Shown here in pieces: positions 53,238 through 62,772 of a DNA stretch of 64,000 nucleotides; the stretch's first letter is position 1; the number at the start of each line of letters is the position of its first letter. Location of the stretch: contig OZ253580.1 in NCBI GenBank assembly GCA_965263035.1, positions 2,432,001 through 2,496,000 on the forward strand, read 5' to 3'. The translations under genes and the position numbers were made by a program. The stretch comes from Acidobacteriota bacterium (lineage in GTDB: Bacteria > Acidobacteriota > UBA6911 > RPQK01 > JAJDTT01). The notes under the pieces were generated by a model. That model had not been told where the DNA came from. It worked only from the letters and a program-made list of their open reading frames with translations, and did not search any database.

Positions 53238-53273
53238 TTGACATCACATAGGGGAGTCATCATGATGACTCCC
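53238..53273 (+). promoter_or_regulatory. vapBC promoter with perfect 22-bp palindromic operator
   Basis: TTGACA-N17-CATGAT; GGGAGTCATCATGATGACTCCC (53252-53273) abuts the ATG. Confidence 0.75.
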
Positions 53274-53534
53274 ATGCGGACGACGTTAACTATCGAACCG
53301 GATGTCGCCCAGGTCCTACGGCGAGAGATTCGGCGTTCCGACCGGAGTATGAAAGCCGTGGTGAACGATGCCTTGCGAATCGGTCTCGGGGCGCAGGGCA
53401 AAGCCCCGCGGACGTCTCGATACGAGGTGAATCCCCATGCCTTCGGCTTCAAGCCGGGTATTGACATCTATCGGCTCAATCAACTGGTCGACGAGTTGGA
53501 AGCGGAGGAACTGGGTCGAAATAGTCAACTGTGA
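53274..53534 (+). CDS. vapB: Antitoxin (VapB-like, RHH)
   Basis: MRTTLTIEPDV...VVNDALR; overlaps the PIN gene (GTGA). Confidence 0.8.
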   Translation: MRTTLTIEPDVAQVLRREIRRSDRSMKAVVNDALRIGLGAQGKAPRTSRYEVNPHAFGFKPGIDIYRLNQLVDELEAEELGRNSQL

Positions 53535-53959
53535 TCATTCCCGACGTCAACCTGCTGCTGCACGCCCACAATTCGGACTTTCCGCGACACCGGGAAGCGC
53601 GAGAATGGTGGGAATCCCTGATGAATGGGACCGTCAGCGTCGGACTCCCGTGGGCGTCTATCCTTGGTTTTATCCGCATCGCCACTCAACCGAGAATCCT
53701 CGAGAATCCCCTCGACGTGAGGGGCGCCCGCACTCGCGTCCGGTCTTGGCTCGATCGACCGCAGACAGTGATCATCCATCCGGGAAATCGCCATTCGGAT
53801 ATTCTATTCGATCTCCTCGAGGGGTCTGGTGGCGGCGGCAATTTGACGACCGATGCCCATCTCGCTGCCTTGGCAATCGAGCACCAAGCGGAACTCCACT
53901 CGAACGATGCCGACATGGCTCGATTTCCGGGTCTGCGATGGGTGAACCCACTCGCCTGA
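53531..53959 (+). CDS. vapC: PIN-domain toxin
   Basis: IPDVNLLL, GNLTTDAHLAALAIEH, SNDAD and WVNPL. Confidence 0.9.
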   Translation: MIIPDVNLLLHAHNSDFPRHREAREWWESLMNGTVSVGLPWASILGFIRIATQPRILENPLDVRGARTRVRSWLDRPQTVIIHPGNRHSDILFDLLEGSGGGGNLTTDAHLAALAIEHQAELHSNDADMARFPGLRWVNPLA

Positions 53960-53980
53960 CGTAACCGCCCGATCTGCCTG

Positions 53981-54086
53981 GCGCGGCGGTGTTCCAATCG
54001 CCGGACTCCCGTTGGCGTATTGGAAAGAAAGAATGGGGGACAGAAATGTCTGCACGCCCATGGGAGACAAGAATGTCCCCCCTCCC
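53981..54086. repeat. Degenerate REP units
   Basis: GCGGCGGTGTTCCAATCGCC, GGACAGAAATGTC and GGAGACAAGAATGTCCCCCCTCC. Confidence 0.55.
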
Positions 54087-54140
54087 GGGGGTGAACTATA
54101 ATGGGCCGGGACCCTGCCGGGGGCAGGATCCGCCGGGATC

Positions 54141-54926
54141 ATGTTGAGTTCGCTTCTTCGCCACAGGCACCTGATTCGTGAACTGGTGTCCCGGGACATC
54201 CGGAGCCGCTACGTGGGCTCCGTCGCCGGCCTGTTCTGGTCCATTCTGAATCCGGCTCTGCAACTGGCGCTCTACACGCTGGTCTTCTCACTCTTCCTGG
54301 GGCATCGGTTCGGCAGCGAGGGCTCCACCGGAGTCTTCGCGCTGAATCTCTTCGCCGCCCTGCTCCCCTGGATGGCCATTCAGGAAGGCGTCGTCCGCTC
54401 GGCCCGGACCTTCATCGAGAACGCCAACATCATCAAGAAGCAGCGATTCCCGCTGGAGGCGCTTCCCTTCAGCGTCCTGATCTCGGCCGTCGTGCACCAG
54501 TTGCTGGGGACGGCCGTCTTCCTGGTGGTGCTGGCGGTCACCCAACTGACCGACTTCCGGTTCCTGGTCCTGATCTTCCCCCTCTTCGCGATCCAGATCC
54601 TCATGACCTACGGGCTGGCCGCCATGGCTGCCTCCCTGAATGTCTTCTTCCGCGACGTGGCCCAGCTCCTGGGCGTTCTCTTCATGCTCTTCTTCTGGGT
54701 CACCCCCATCGTCTACCCCCGGAGCCGAGCCCCGGAACCCTACCAGTTCCTCCTCTTCCTGAACCCTCTGACCCACCTGGTGGAGGCCTACCGGTTCGCC
54801 TTCCTGGGAGCGCCGGAACCCTCTCCATGGGGGCTGCTCTACTGGGCAGCCGTGTCCGTCGGATTCTATCGACTGGGGCGTTACGTCCTGGACCGGACCC
54901 GGAACCAGTTGGTGGACCTGTTGTGA
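54141..54926 (+). CDS. wzm: ABC-2 polysaccharide export permease
   Basis: RYVGSVAGLFWSILNP, VFFRD, TPIVYP and LNPL. Confidence 0.88.
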   Translation: MLSSLLRHRHLIRELVSRDIRSRYVGSVAGLFWSILNPALQLALYTLVFSLFLGHRFGSEGSTGVFALNLFAALLPWMAIQEGVVRSARTFIENANIIKKQRFPLEALPFSVLISAVVHQLLGTAVFLVVLAVTQLTDFRFLVLIFPLFAIQILMTYGLAAMAASLNVFFRDVAQLLGVLFMLFFWVTPIVYPRSRAPEPYQFLLFLNPLTHLVEAYRFAFLGAPEPSPWGLLYWAAVSVGFYRLGRYVLDRTRNQLVDLL

Positions 54927-56110
54927 GACCCGCCGTCCGGGCCGTCTCCCTCTCCAAGTTCTACGGGATGCACTGGAGCCCCCGGGGCCTTCTCCGGCAG
55001 GTTATCACCGGAAAGGAGACGGCCCACCGGATCCGGGCCCTGGAGGGGGTCAGCTTCCGGGTCGAGGCGGGCCAGGCCCTGGGAGTGGTCGGCCGGAACG
55101 GTTCGGGAAAGACGACCCTGCTGAAGATGGTGTCGGGCGCCGCCCATCCCAGTTCGGGGCGAGTCGAGGTGGACGGACGGATCGGCGCCCTGCTGGACCT
55201 GGGAGCCGGTTTTCATCCCGAGTTCAGCGGCCGCGAGAACATCCGGTTCAGCGGAGCGCTCATGGGTCTGGAGCCGGACCGGGTCCGGAAAGCGGAGGAC
55301 CGGATCGTGGCCTTCAGCGAGCTGAGGGAATTCATCGACCAACCGATGAGGACCTATTCCGCCGGCATGTACGTCCGCTTGGGCTTCGCCGTCTCCACCG
55401 GATTCCATCCTTCCGTGCTGGTCATCGACGAGGCGCTGGCGGTGGGAGACCAGCCCTTCCAGAAAAAGTGCACGGACCGGATCCTGTCCATCAAGAAGAG
55501 GGGGGCCGCCATCGTGATCTGCTCCCACAACCTCTACCAGATCAAGACCCTTTGCGAGGAGGCGATCTGGCTCCGTGGGGGCCGGCCCCAATCCCAGGGA
55601 GATGCCGTCACGGTGGTGGAGGACTACGGCCGATATCTGGGGCAGGCGTCGTCTCCCCGCGACGGGGGCGCCGACGATGCCGGTTCCGATCCCTCTCTGA
55701 ACTGTAGAATCGAAAGCCTCCGGCTACAGAACGGTTCGGGGTCCGGATGCCAGAGCTTCAGGACCGGCGAGACCTTGCGACTGGAGATCGCCGCCGAGTT
55801 CGCGTCCGACTTCCGGGGACGGCCCAGCCTTCGGGTGGCGATCCGGAGAGACGACGGCCTCACCCTCCACGAAACCCGGACCCGCAGCATTGAAGAGCTG
55901 CAGTTTGTGGGCGGCGGCCGTTACCGGGGGCGGCTCACGTTGCGGGAGATTCCGCTCCTGGCGGGTGGGTATCGGGTTCTGGTTGCCGCGTGCTCTCATT
56001 CGGAGGAGCCGGAGCCGAGGAGCTGGAGGTCTGTTCCGTTCAGCGTGCGCTCCCGGGGACGGGAGTTGGGGGCGGTCCGGATGGAGCATCGTTGGAGCGG
56101 CGGTTTCTGA
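54923..56110 (+). CDS. wzt: Polysaccharide ABC transporter ATPase with Wzt C-domain
   Basis: GRNGSGKTT, YSAGMYVRLGF and DEALAVGD; GTG start overlaps the wzm stop. Confidence 0.88.
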   Translation: MRPAVRAVSLSKFYGMHWSPRGLLRQVITGKETAHRIRALEGVSFRVEAGQALGVVGRNGSGKTTLLKMVSGAAHPSSGRVEVDGRIGALLDLGAGFHPEFSGRENIRFSGALMGLEPDRVRKAEDRIVAFSELREFIDQPMRTYSAGMYVRLGFAVSTGFHPSVLVIDEALAVGDQPFQKKCTDRILSIKKRGAAIVICSHNLYQIKTLCEEAIWLRGGRPQSQGDAVTVVEDYGRYLGQASSPRDGGADDAGSDPSLNCRIESLRLQNGSGSGCQSFRTGETLRLEIAAEFASDFRGRPSLRVAIRRDDGLTLHETRTRSIEELQFVGGGRYRGRLTLREIPLLAGGYRVLVAACSHSEEPEPRSWRSVPFSVRSRGRELGAVRMEHRWSGGF

Positions 56111-56193
56111 CCGCCGGACTCCCCGGAGGGGCGGTTTCCAACCGCCCATTCTTCCGTTCCTCCGGGGAATGGGGGACAAGACTGTCCCCTCCT
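56095..56193. repeat. REP units overlapping the 3' end of wzt
   Basis: GGAGCGGCGGTTTCTGACCGCC contains the wzt TGA; GGAGGGGCGGTTTCCAACCGCC follows. Confidence 0.7.
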
Positions 56194-56373
56194 ATGCCCC
56201 TTCCTGTGAAGATTTCCGATGACCGATCGCACTTTTTCCGCAGTCGTCATAGTAGGTAACGAGCGTTGACAATCGATGACGGGCAACGGAAGAATGCTTC
56301 CTATGGCACGAAACCCCTTGATGGCAAGATGTAGGCGAATCCCGTCTCTCGCCATTAGGTGGAGACCAAGACC

Positions 56374-56703
56374 GTGAATGTTGATCTGATCAGGGTCTTG
56401 GTGGCAGTGGCGGCAGTGGGCGTCGGTCTTGGCGGACTGACGTTGGCCGGCGTGCGAGGGCTGGGTCGCGAAATGCGGGGCCTGCGGCAGGAGACGCGGG
56501 ACGAAATCCAAGGCTTGCGGCAGGAGATGCGGAAGGAAATCCAAGGCCTGCGGCGGGAGACGCGGCACGATATACGGGACATGCGCGGCCACATGGGACG
56601 AATCGATTCCCATATCGGCGAACTCCGGGAACGCATGGGGCACGTGGAAGGACTGTTGAAGGGGTTGCGCGACGCTTTCGTCCAGGGGATCACCCCCAGC
56701 TAG
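56374..56703 (+). CDS. Small membrane-anchored coiled-coil protein (paralog of 62323-62577)
   Basis: NVDLI-TM, 11-aa repeats GLRQE(T/M)R(D/K)EIQ, conserved tail RIDSHIGELRERMGHVEGLLKGLR. Confidence 0.75.
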   Translation: MNVDLIRVLVAVAAVGVGLGGLTLAGVRGLGREMRGLRQETRDEIQGLRQEMRKEIQGLRRETRHDIRDMRGHMGRIDSHIGELRERMGHVEGLLKGLRDAFVQGITPS

Positions 56704-56823
56704 GAGCCTGCGCCGCAGAAATTGATCTACTGCGAAAGCGGTAGAATCGGTCCATATTTCCTCGATTCCCCACTTTCTCGCTACGATCATTTCTACCGCG
56801 CAGACTCCCAGCTCGTAGTGGCG

Positions 56824-56949
56824 AGGAGGGGCGATTTCCAGTCGCCCATCCTTCCGCTCCCCCGTGGGCTCCTTCCCCCATGCTCTTCTGCTCTATTGAT
56901 ATTTGGGAGTGCGGCGACAAGAAAGCCGCCGTTCCCATCGGCGGCAAGA
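56824..56949. repeat. REP units
   Basis: GGAGGGGCGATTTCCAGTCGCC, GGCGACAAGAAAGCCGCCGTTCC and a half unit GGCGGCAAGA. Confidence 0.75.
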
Positions 56950-57581
56950 ATCGGGTCGAGTACAGGGGATTGCGCCCCCGCACCCTCCCACACCACCGGA
57001 CGTACCGTTTTCAGTATCCGGCGGTTGGAGTCACCCGAGGCTCTTTCGAGCCTCGTACAGGGCCTTTCTTTCCGGTTTCCGCCGCCGCTGAGACTTGATC
57101 TCCGCCCTTCCGGCTTGCCGGCCTCCACCCGTGGGCCTTCCATGCCGGGTCCGAGGAGGGTTCCCCTCGCCCCGCTGTCGGAGGTGGTTGCGATCCCGCT
57201 GACGAGTCCACCATAGGGCCAGTCCGACTCCTTCGGTCCTTCGCTCCACCGGCATTACCCGGCTTCTTCGCTACTACGACCTCTGCTGACTTCTCAAGGG
57301 CTCTCACCCTTGAGATCTCCCCGAGTAAGGTGCTGCATCTTTCCCCCCGGGCCGCCCGGCTCTACCTGATGCGTCTGGATGGGGTTCGGGTTTCGCTGTT
57401 GCTCGCCAGCTCACCGCCCGCACCCGGCCTCACTGCCGGTTCGTGTTCCTGCGATCGTGGGTTTGCCTTCCGCTTCCTTCAGCTTCGCCTCGCGGCTTCG
57501 CCTTGCGGTTCGGCTAGGGTTGATCCCATCACCTCCCTTGGGATCTTTCATCCCTTAGATACAGCCCATGTCCGGGCGTAC
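56950..57581 (-). mobile_element. ORF-less group IIC intron, family B, copy B3 (diverged)
   Basis: Paralog of B1/B2; 5' end GUACGCCCGGACAUGGG; 5' exon ends AAGAAAGTCGCCGCTC. Confidence 0.88.
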
Positions 57582-57740
57582 GAGCGGCGACTTTCTTATC
57601 GTCGATTAGGTGGAGGTGGAGGTGGAGTCCCACCTCTACACTTTCCGGCTAGAAGAGGAGGCGGCAAGAAAACCGCCTCTCCCAGCCGGCGACAAGAAAG
57701 TCGCCGCTCCCAGCCGGCGGCAAGAAAGCGGCTGCTCCTG
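57582..57740. repeat. Composite REP module
   Basis: Reverse unit, CTCTACACTTTCC linker and 3 forward AAGAAA-loop units. Confidence 0.8.
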
Positions 57741-57783
57741 TCGTGGAATCGGTCTTGGGGCCGTGATATCGTGCTGGCCAGTC

Positions 57784-59835
57784 ATGGGAGCCGGGAGGGG
57801 AAGTTCGGACGATTCTTCCGGCCTCCGGCGACACCGCGACCTCTACGATCACGACTATTTCCACGGCAAGACCAGCGGGTATCCTTCCGAGGGTTACGCT
57901 CGCGCGCATCCGGAATGGGGCCCCTGGTTGGAGCTGCTGGATGCGCTTCAGCCCAAGGGCCTGCTGCTGGAGTTGGGTTGCGCTTACGGGTATCTGACGG
58001 AGGCGGTCCGAGGCTCCGGCCGGCGGGCGGTGGGCCTGGACCTGAGCGACTACGCCCTCTCCCAGCACGTTCCGGCGCGCCCCTTCCTGGTGCAGGGTGA
58101 CGCCCAGGAACTGCCCTTCGCCAGCGGCTGCGCGCACGTCGTCACCCTGTTCGACCTGCTGGAGCACCTTCCGGACCCGCGCGCCTGCCTCCGGGAGGCG
58201 GTCCGGATCTTGCACCCGGACGGACTCATGGCAGGCGCCACTCCGGACCCTCTCCATTTCCGGCGGCCGGAGCCGACCCACTGCTTCGAGCGCCCCCCCT
58301 CCTTCTGGATCTCGGCCCTGGAGGAGCTGGACCTGGCCGTGACCTACCGCTTCTCCGTGACCCCCTACAACTTCCAGTTCCTGGCGGCGTTCAAGGGGTC
58401 CCCCACGGCGGCGCGGGCGGCGGCGTGGCGCCACGACTACTACGGCCCGGAACGGGATTTCGTCTCCGTCGACGGTCCCCTGGAGGCCCTGCCCCGCTGG
58501 GGCTGGTCGGCATTGGAGTCCGGCTCCCGGGGAATGCAGGGAAACTCCTCGGCCCTCTACCTCCTGAACCGGCTGGCCGGACCGGTCCGTTTCACGACCC
58601 GCTTCTCCGTCTCCTCCTCACCCGACTTCACCACCCTGCGGGTCCGGGCCGGCAGCTCCACGTTGGCCGAGATCCACCTCGACTCGGAGCGAAAGACCAC
58701 CCAGGTGGTGCTCCCCCCCGTCAGCGTGGCCAGCGGCGGGCACCATCTGATCTTCGAACCCTCCCCACTGGGTCCGCGGCTCCACATCCACGACGTGGAG
58801 ATCGACGCCGAGCCCTGTTCCCAGGAGGACCTGGTCCTGGGCCTTCCCTTCGACCTCTACCAGCGCTACCGCCTCGCGGCGCAGGTGGGTTCCGGACTGA
58901 CCCGGGGTCCCATCCTGGACGTGGGCGGCCTGCTGGGGGACCAGGACGGACACCTGGCCACCACGGCGGACTTTTTCTCCGAACTGGAAATGGACGCGCC
59001 CGTACAGGTCCGAACCACCGACCTGAGGCATTGCGACCATCCGGACCACGCTCCGGCCCCGGCCTGGGAGCAGCCCTTCGAAGACGCCTCCTTCGACCTG
59101 GTGCTGGCTCTGGACGTGCTGGAGCATCTGGAACCGGAGCGGCGGCCCGACCTGCTCTCGGAACTGGACCGAGTCGCCCGTTCCTTCATCCTGATCGGCG
59201 CCCCCTTCTCCACCCCGGCCGTGGAGCGGACCGAGGAGGAGCTGGCTCAGGGACTGCTGGACACCCGCCGTTTCCTGGAGGAGCACCGGACCCTGGGGCT
59301 GCCGTCTCTCGACCTGGTGGAGAGTCACTTCGGGGACCGGCCCGAGTATGAGGTCCACCGGTTCCCCAGCGGCTACCTGCCTCGCTGGCGGGCCATGCAG
59401 GTGCTGACGCAGCACTACTTCCAGTTGAACGACACCACCTCCATGACCGCCCTGAACCGTCTCTACAACCAGACCTGTTATGTTCCGGACTTGGCCGAAC
59501 CGTCCTACCGGACCCTTTTCCTGATCTCCAAGACACCCCTCTCTGAAGGCCAACGAAAGGCGTTGGCGGCGCTGCTCCCGGGGCCGGACTCGGATCCCGA
59601 GTCCCCCTGCGGCCTCTCGGAGATTGCCCGGCACTCCCAGTTCCCGAGTCTGCACCAGCGGCTCAGGGAGCTGCTGCAGGAACGGGACGAGGCTTGGCTG
59701 AACACGCGATTCCTCATCAACGAGCGGCAGAAGCTGATCCGGCTGCTGCGCCGCGAGATCCGGCGCCTGCGCACCGAGGTCCCCCTCTGGAAACTGGCGG
59801 TTCTCCGCCTCCGGGACAAACTGAGACGCCGCTGA
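57784..59835 (+). CDS. Tandem SAM-dependent methyltransferase protein with C-terminal coiled coil
   Basis: LELGCAYG/FDLLEHL and LDVGG/LDVLEHL domains. Confidence 0.8.
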   Translation: MGAGRGSSDDSSGLRRHRDLYDHDYFHGKTSGYPSEGYARAHPEWGPWLELLDALQPKGLLLELGCAYGYLTEAVRGSGRRAVGLDLSDYALSQHVPARPFLVQGDAQELPFASGCAHVVTLFDLLEHLPDPRACLREAVRILHPDGLMAGATPDPLHFRRPEPTHCFERPPSFWISALEELDLAVTYRFSVTPYNFQFLAAFKGSPTAARAAAWRHDYYGPERDFVSVDGPLEALPRWGWSALESGSRGMQGNSSALYLLNRLAGPVRFTTRFSVSSSPDFTTLRVRAGSSTLAEIHLDSERKTTQVVLPPVSVASGGHHLIFEPSPLGPRLHIHDVEIDAEPCSQEDLVLGLPFDLYQRYRLAAQVGSGLTRGPILDVGGLLGDQDGHLATTADFFSELEMDAPVQVRTTDLRHCDHPDHAPAPAWEQPFEDASFDLVLALDVLEHLEPERRPDLLSELDRVARSFILIGAPFSTPAVERTEEELAQGLLDTRRFLEEHRTLGLPSLDLVESHFGDRPEYEVHRFPSGYLPRWRAMQVLTQHYFQLNDTTSMTALNRLYNQTCYVPDLAEPSYRTLFLISKTPLSEGQRKALAALLPGPDSDPESPCGLSEIARHSQFPSLHQRLRELLQERDEAWLNTRFLINERQKLIRLLRREIRRLRTEVPLWKLAVLRLRDKLRRR

Positions 59836-60851
59836 TGGGACCGCATCTACCGTCCGAATCGATACCGTCCCGGGGAGAGGCCGGGCCGGACGAAACCGGC
59901 TCACCCATCCCCGCTTCCGTCGTCATCATCAACTACAACGGCCGCCCCTACCTGGAGGAACTGCTCGGTTCCCTGGAACTTCAGACCCGCCGGCCCCTGG
60001 AGACCCTGCTGGTGGACAACGCCTCCCGGGATGACAGTGTCGCCTACGTGCGGAGGGAGTTCCCCTGGGTCCGGATGCTCCCGCAGGAGCGGAACCTGGG
60101 CTTCTCCCGGGCCGCCAACCTGGCTGCCGACGCGGCCCGCGGGACCTGGCTGGCCCTGCTCAACACGGACCTCCGTCTGGAGCCGGAATGGCTGGCGGAG
60201 CTGGTGGCCGCCGCCGGGACGGACCCCTCCATCGCCGCCGTCTCCTCCAAGCTGAGGCTTTACGATCAGCCTCACCGGCTCAACGGGGTGGGGGGCTGCA
60301 TGAACCGGCTGGGCTACACCTGGGACCGGGGGATGGGGGAGGAGGACCGGGGCCAATACGACCAGAGCCGGGAAGTGCTGTTCGCCTGCGCCGGCGCCGC
60401 CCTGTTCCACCGGTCCCGCTTCCGGGAGGCGGGCGGATTCGATTCGCGCTTTTTCATGTACCACGAGGACGTGGACCTCTGTTGGCGGCTCTGGCTGCGG
60501 GGATTCCGGGTGGTCACGGCGCCCAGGGCGGTCGCCTACCATCACCTGAGCGCCTCCACCCGGGAGGACCGGGGCCTGCTCTGGCGGGAGATCCTGGGCG
60601 AGCGCCACAACCTGCGCACCCTGCTCAAGAACTACGAGTGCGCCAACCTGGCGCGAGCCCTCTGGGGACTCCTGACGCTGCGGCAGCCGGCGCGCCGCAA
60701 ATGGGCGCAGTTGGGAAACCTGGCGTGGAACCTGCGGCGGCTTCCCGAGACGCTGCGGCTGAGGCGCCGCATTCAGCGGGAGCGGCGGGTGCCGGACGCA
60801 CAACTGAAACGCCTTGTCGTACAATCGCGCCATGTCCCCATCCCCCGGTGA
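59835..60851 (+). CDS. GT2-family glycosyltransferase
   Basis: INYNG, VDNASRD, NLGF and GGFDSRFFMYHEDVDLCWR. Confidence 0.9.
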   Translation: MGPHLPSESIPSRGEAGPDETGSPIPASVVIINYNGRPYLEELLGSLELQTRRPLETLLVDNASRDDSVAYVRREFPWVRMLPQERNLGFSRAANLAADAARGTWLALLNTDLRLEPEWLAELVAAAGTDPSIAAVSSKLRLYDQPHRLNGVGGCMNRLGYTWDRGMGEEDRGQYDQSREVLFACAGAALFHRSRFREAGGFDSRFFMYHEDVDLCWRLWLRGFRVVTAPRAVAYHHLSASTREDRGLLWREILGERHNLRTLLKNYECANLARALWGLLTLRQPARRKWAQLGNLAWNLRRLPETLRLRRRIQRERRVPDAQLKRLVVQSRHVPIPR

Positions 60852-62154
60852 CGTCTCGGTCGTCACCGTCAACTGGAACGGGAAATCCCACCTGTCCACC
60901 CTGCTTCCGCCCCTGCTGGCGCTGGGTCCGGGAGAGGTCATCGTGGTGGACAACGGGAGCACCGACGGCTCCCAGGGGTTCCTCAGGAAGCGCTATCCCC
61001 AGGTCCGGCTCTTGGAGAACGGAGTCAACCGCGGCTTCGCTCAACCCTGCAACCTGGGCGTCGAAACGGCCCGGGGGGCGCATGTCGCCTTCATCAACAA
61101 CGACATGCGCCCCGAACCGGACTGGCTGACCGCCGCCCTGGGGAAGTTGGACGCCCAGACCCCCTGCGTCGCCTCCCGGATCCTGGACTGGGAGGGGCGG
61201 CGGATCGACTACAACGGATCGTCCCTCCACTACCTGGGCTACGGGTTGCAGGAGGATCTGGGCTTGCCCGTCGAGGAGGCGCCGCGCCGGGACCAGGTCC
61301 TGTTTCCGTGCGGCGGAGCCATGCTGGTGGACCGGACGGTCTTCCTGGAAGTGGGAGGGTTCGACGCCGATTTCTTCGCCCTTTTCGAGGACGTGGACCT
61401 GGGTTGGCGGCTCTGGCTGGCCGGTCATCGGGTGGTCATGGCCCCGGATTCGGTGGTGCGCCACCGGGGTCATGCCACCTTGGAGACCCAAGCGCCGGAG
61501 AAGACCCGGTATCTGATGCACCGGAACGCCCTGCTGACCATCTTCAAGAACTACGACGAGGAGAACTTCCGCAAGATCGTGCCCTTGGCCCTCGTCCTCT
61601 CGGTGAAGCGGGCGGTGCACTTCTCGGGAGTCCGCAAGGAGAGCTTCTACCTCTGGTCCGAGACCCGTCACAAGCTGGACGAAGGAGACGAGACCGCACG
61701 GTCGCAGTTGCTGGACTCGTTGAACCACCTGGTGGCCGTGGACGACGTGCTCCAGGCTCTGCCCCGGTTGGTGGAGAAACGCCGCCGGGTGCAGGCGCTT
61801 CGCCGGCGGAGCGACCGGGAGATCATGGAACTGTTCGGAGACCCCCTGCGCCGGATCGTGGAGGACCCGGTCTACGTCAAGGAGGAACTGGAGCTGCTGG
61901 AAGCGCTGGATCTGGGGTCGTTGCTGGATCCAGGCCCCAGCGCGACGTCCCTGGATTCCCTGCCGGGGGCCCTGCGGGAAAAGATCCGGTCATTGGAGAA
62001 GGAGTTGAATGCACTCCGGTGGTTGGGGTCTCAAGCCACTCTCCACCCGCCCGACCCGCCGGGGCTGGCCTCACGGTTCTTCCGCACTGCCCGCCGGGAG
62101 GGCCTGAAAGTCGCGTGTCTCCGGGCGTTCGACTACGTCAATCGAGCGGTGTGA
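60832..62154 (+). CDS. GT2-family glycosyltransferase
   Basis: VNWNG, VDNGSTD, FINND and GGFDADFFALFEDVDLGWR. Confidence 0.9.
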   Translation: MSPSPGDVSVVTVNWNGKSHLSTLLPPLLALGPGEVIVVDNGSTDGSQGFLRKRYPQVRLLENGVNRGFAQPCNLGVETARGAHVAFINNDMRPEPDWLTAALGKLDAQTPCVASRILDWEGRRIDYNGSSLHYLGYGLQEDLGLPVEEAPRRDQVLFPCGGAMLVDRTVFLEVGGFDADFFALFEDVDLGWRLWLAGHRVVMAPDSVVRHRGHATLETQAPEKTRYLMHRNALLTIFKNYDEENFRKIVPLALVLSVKRAVHFSGVRKESFYLWSETRHKLDEGDETARSQLLDSLNHLVAVDDVLQALPRLVEKRRRVQALRRRSDREIMELFGDPLRRIVEDPVYVKEELELLEALDLGSLLDPGPSATSLDSLPGALREKIRSLEKELNALRWLGSQATLHPPDPPGLASRFFRTARREGLKVACLRAFDYVNRAV

Positions 62155-62159
62155 AGGGT

Positions 62160-62325
62160 AGGAGAAGCGGCGGCATCGTTGCCGCCGGATAGGAGCGGCG
62201 GCTTTCTTGCCGCCGATTAGGGGGGGTTAGGGGGGACGGTTAGTCCCCCCTCCTCTTCGTCTGTCCGGAGCAGGCGACAAGAAAGTCGCCTGTCCCAGTG
62301 GGCGACAAGAAAGTCGCCCCTCCTA
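62160..62325. repeat. Composite REP module, type 2, between convergent genes
   Basis: 2 reverse and 2 forward units around a GGGGGGACGGTTAGTCCCCCC hairpin. Confidence 0.85.
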
Positions 62326-62577
62326 GTCGGACACGGTCGGCCGGACGAAGACTTCTCGCAATCCCTTCAGCAATCCTTCGACGTGCCCCATGCGTTCCCG
62401 GAGTTCGCCGATATGGGAGTCGATCCGCCCCATGTGGTTGCGCATGTCCCGTATTTCCTGGCGCATGTCCCGCATTTCGTGCCGAACCCCTCGCCAACTG
62501 GCTAACATCAGACCGGCCAAGCCGACTCCCACCGCCACCACGGCTATCAAGACGCTGATCAGGTCAACATTCATCAT
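62323..62577 (-). CDS. Small membrane-anchored coiled-coil protein (paralog of 56374-56703)
   Basis: MNVDLI-TM...RIDSHIGELRERMGHVEGLLKGLR. Confidence 0.75.
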   Translation of the reverse strand: MMNVDLISVLIAVVAVGVGLAGLMLASWRGVRHEMRDMRQEIRDMRNHMGRIDSHIGELRERMGHVEGLLKGLREVFVRPTVSD

Positions 62578-62772
62578 CTGATCTCCGTTGAAGTCCCGAA
62601 TGGGGCGCCTCCGGATCCCGGCGAACAGGAACAGCCTACGTTTTGCGATGAATCCGGTCTATACGAAGCATTCTTCCGTTGGCCGGCGGCGATTGTCAAC
62701 GTTCAATACATATAACGACGGCCGCGAAGAATAGATGATCGATCCTTGAAAAACGTGTCCATCAAACTCGAG

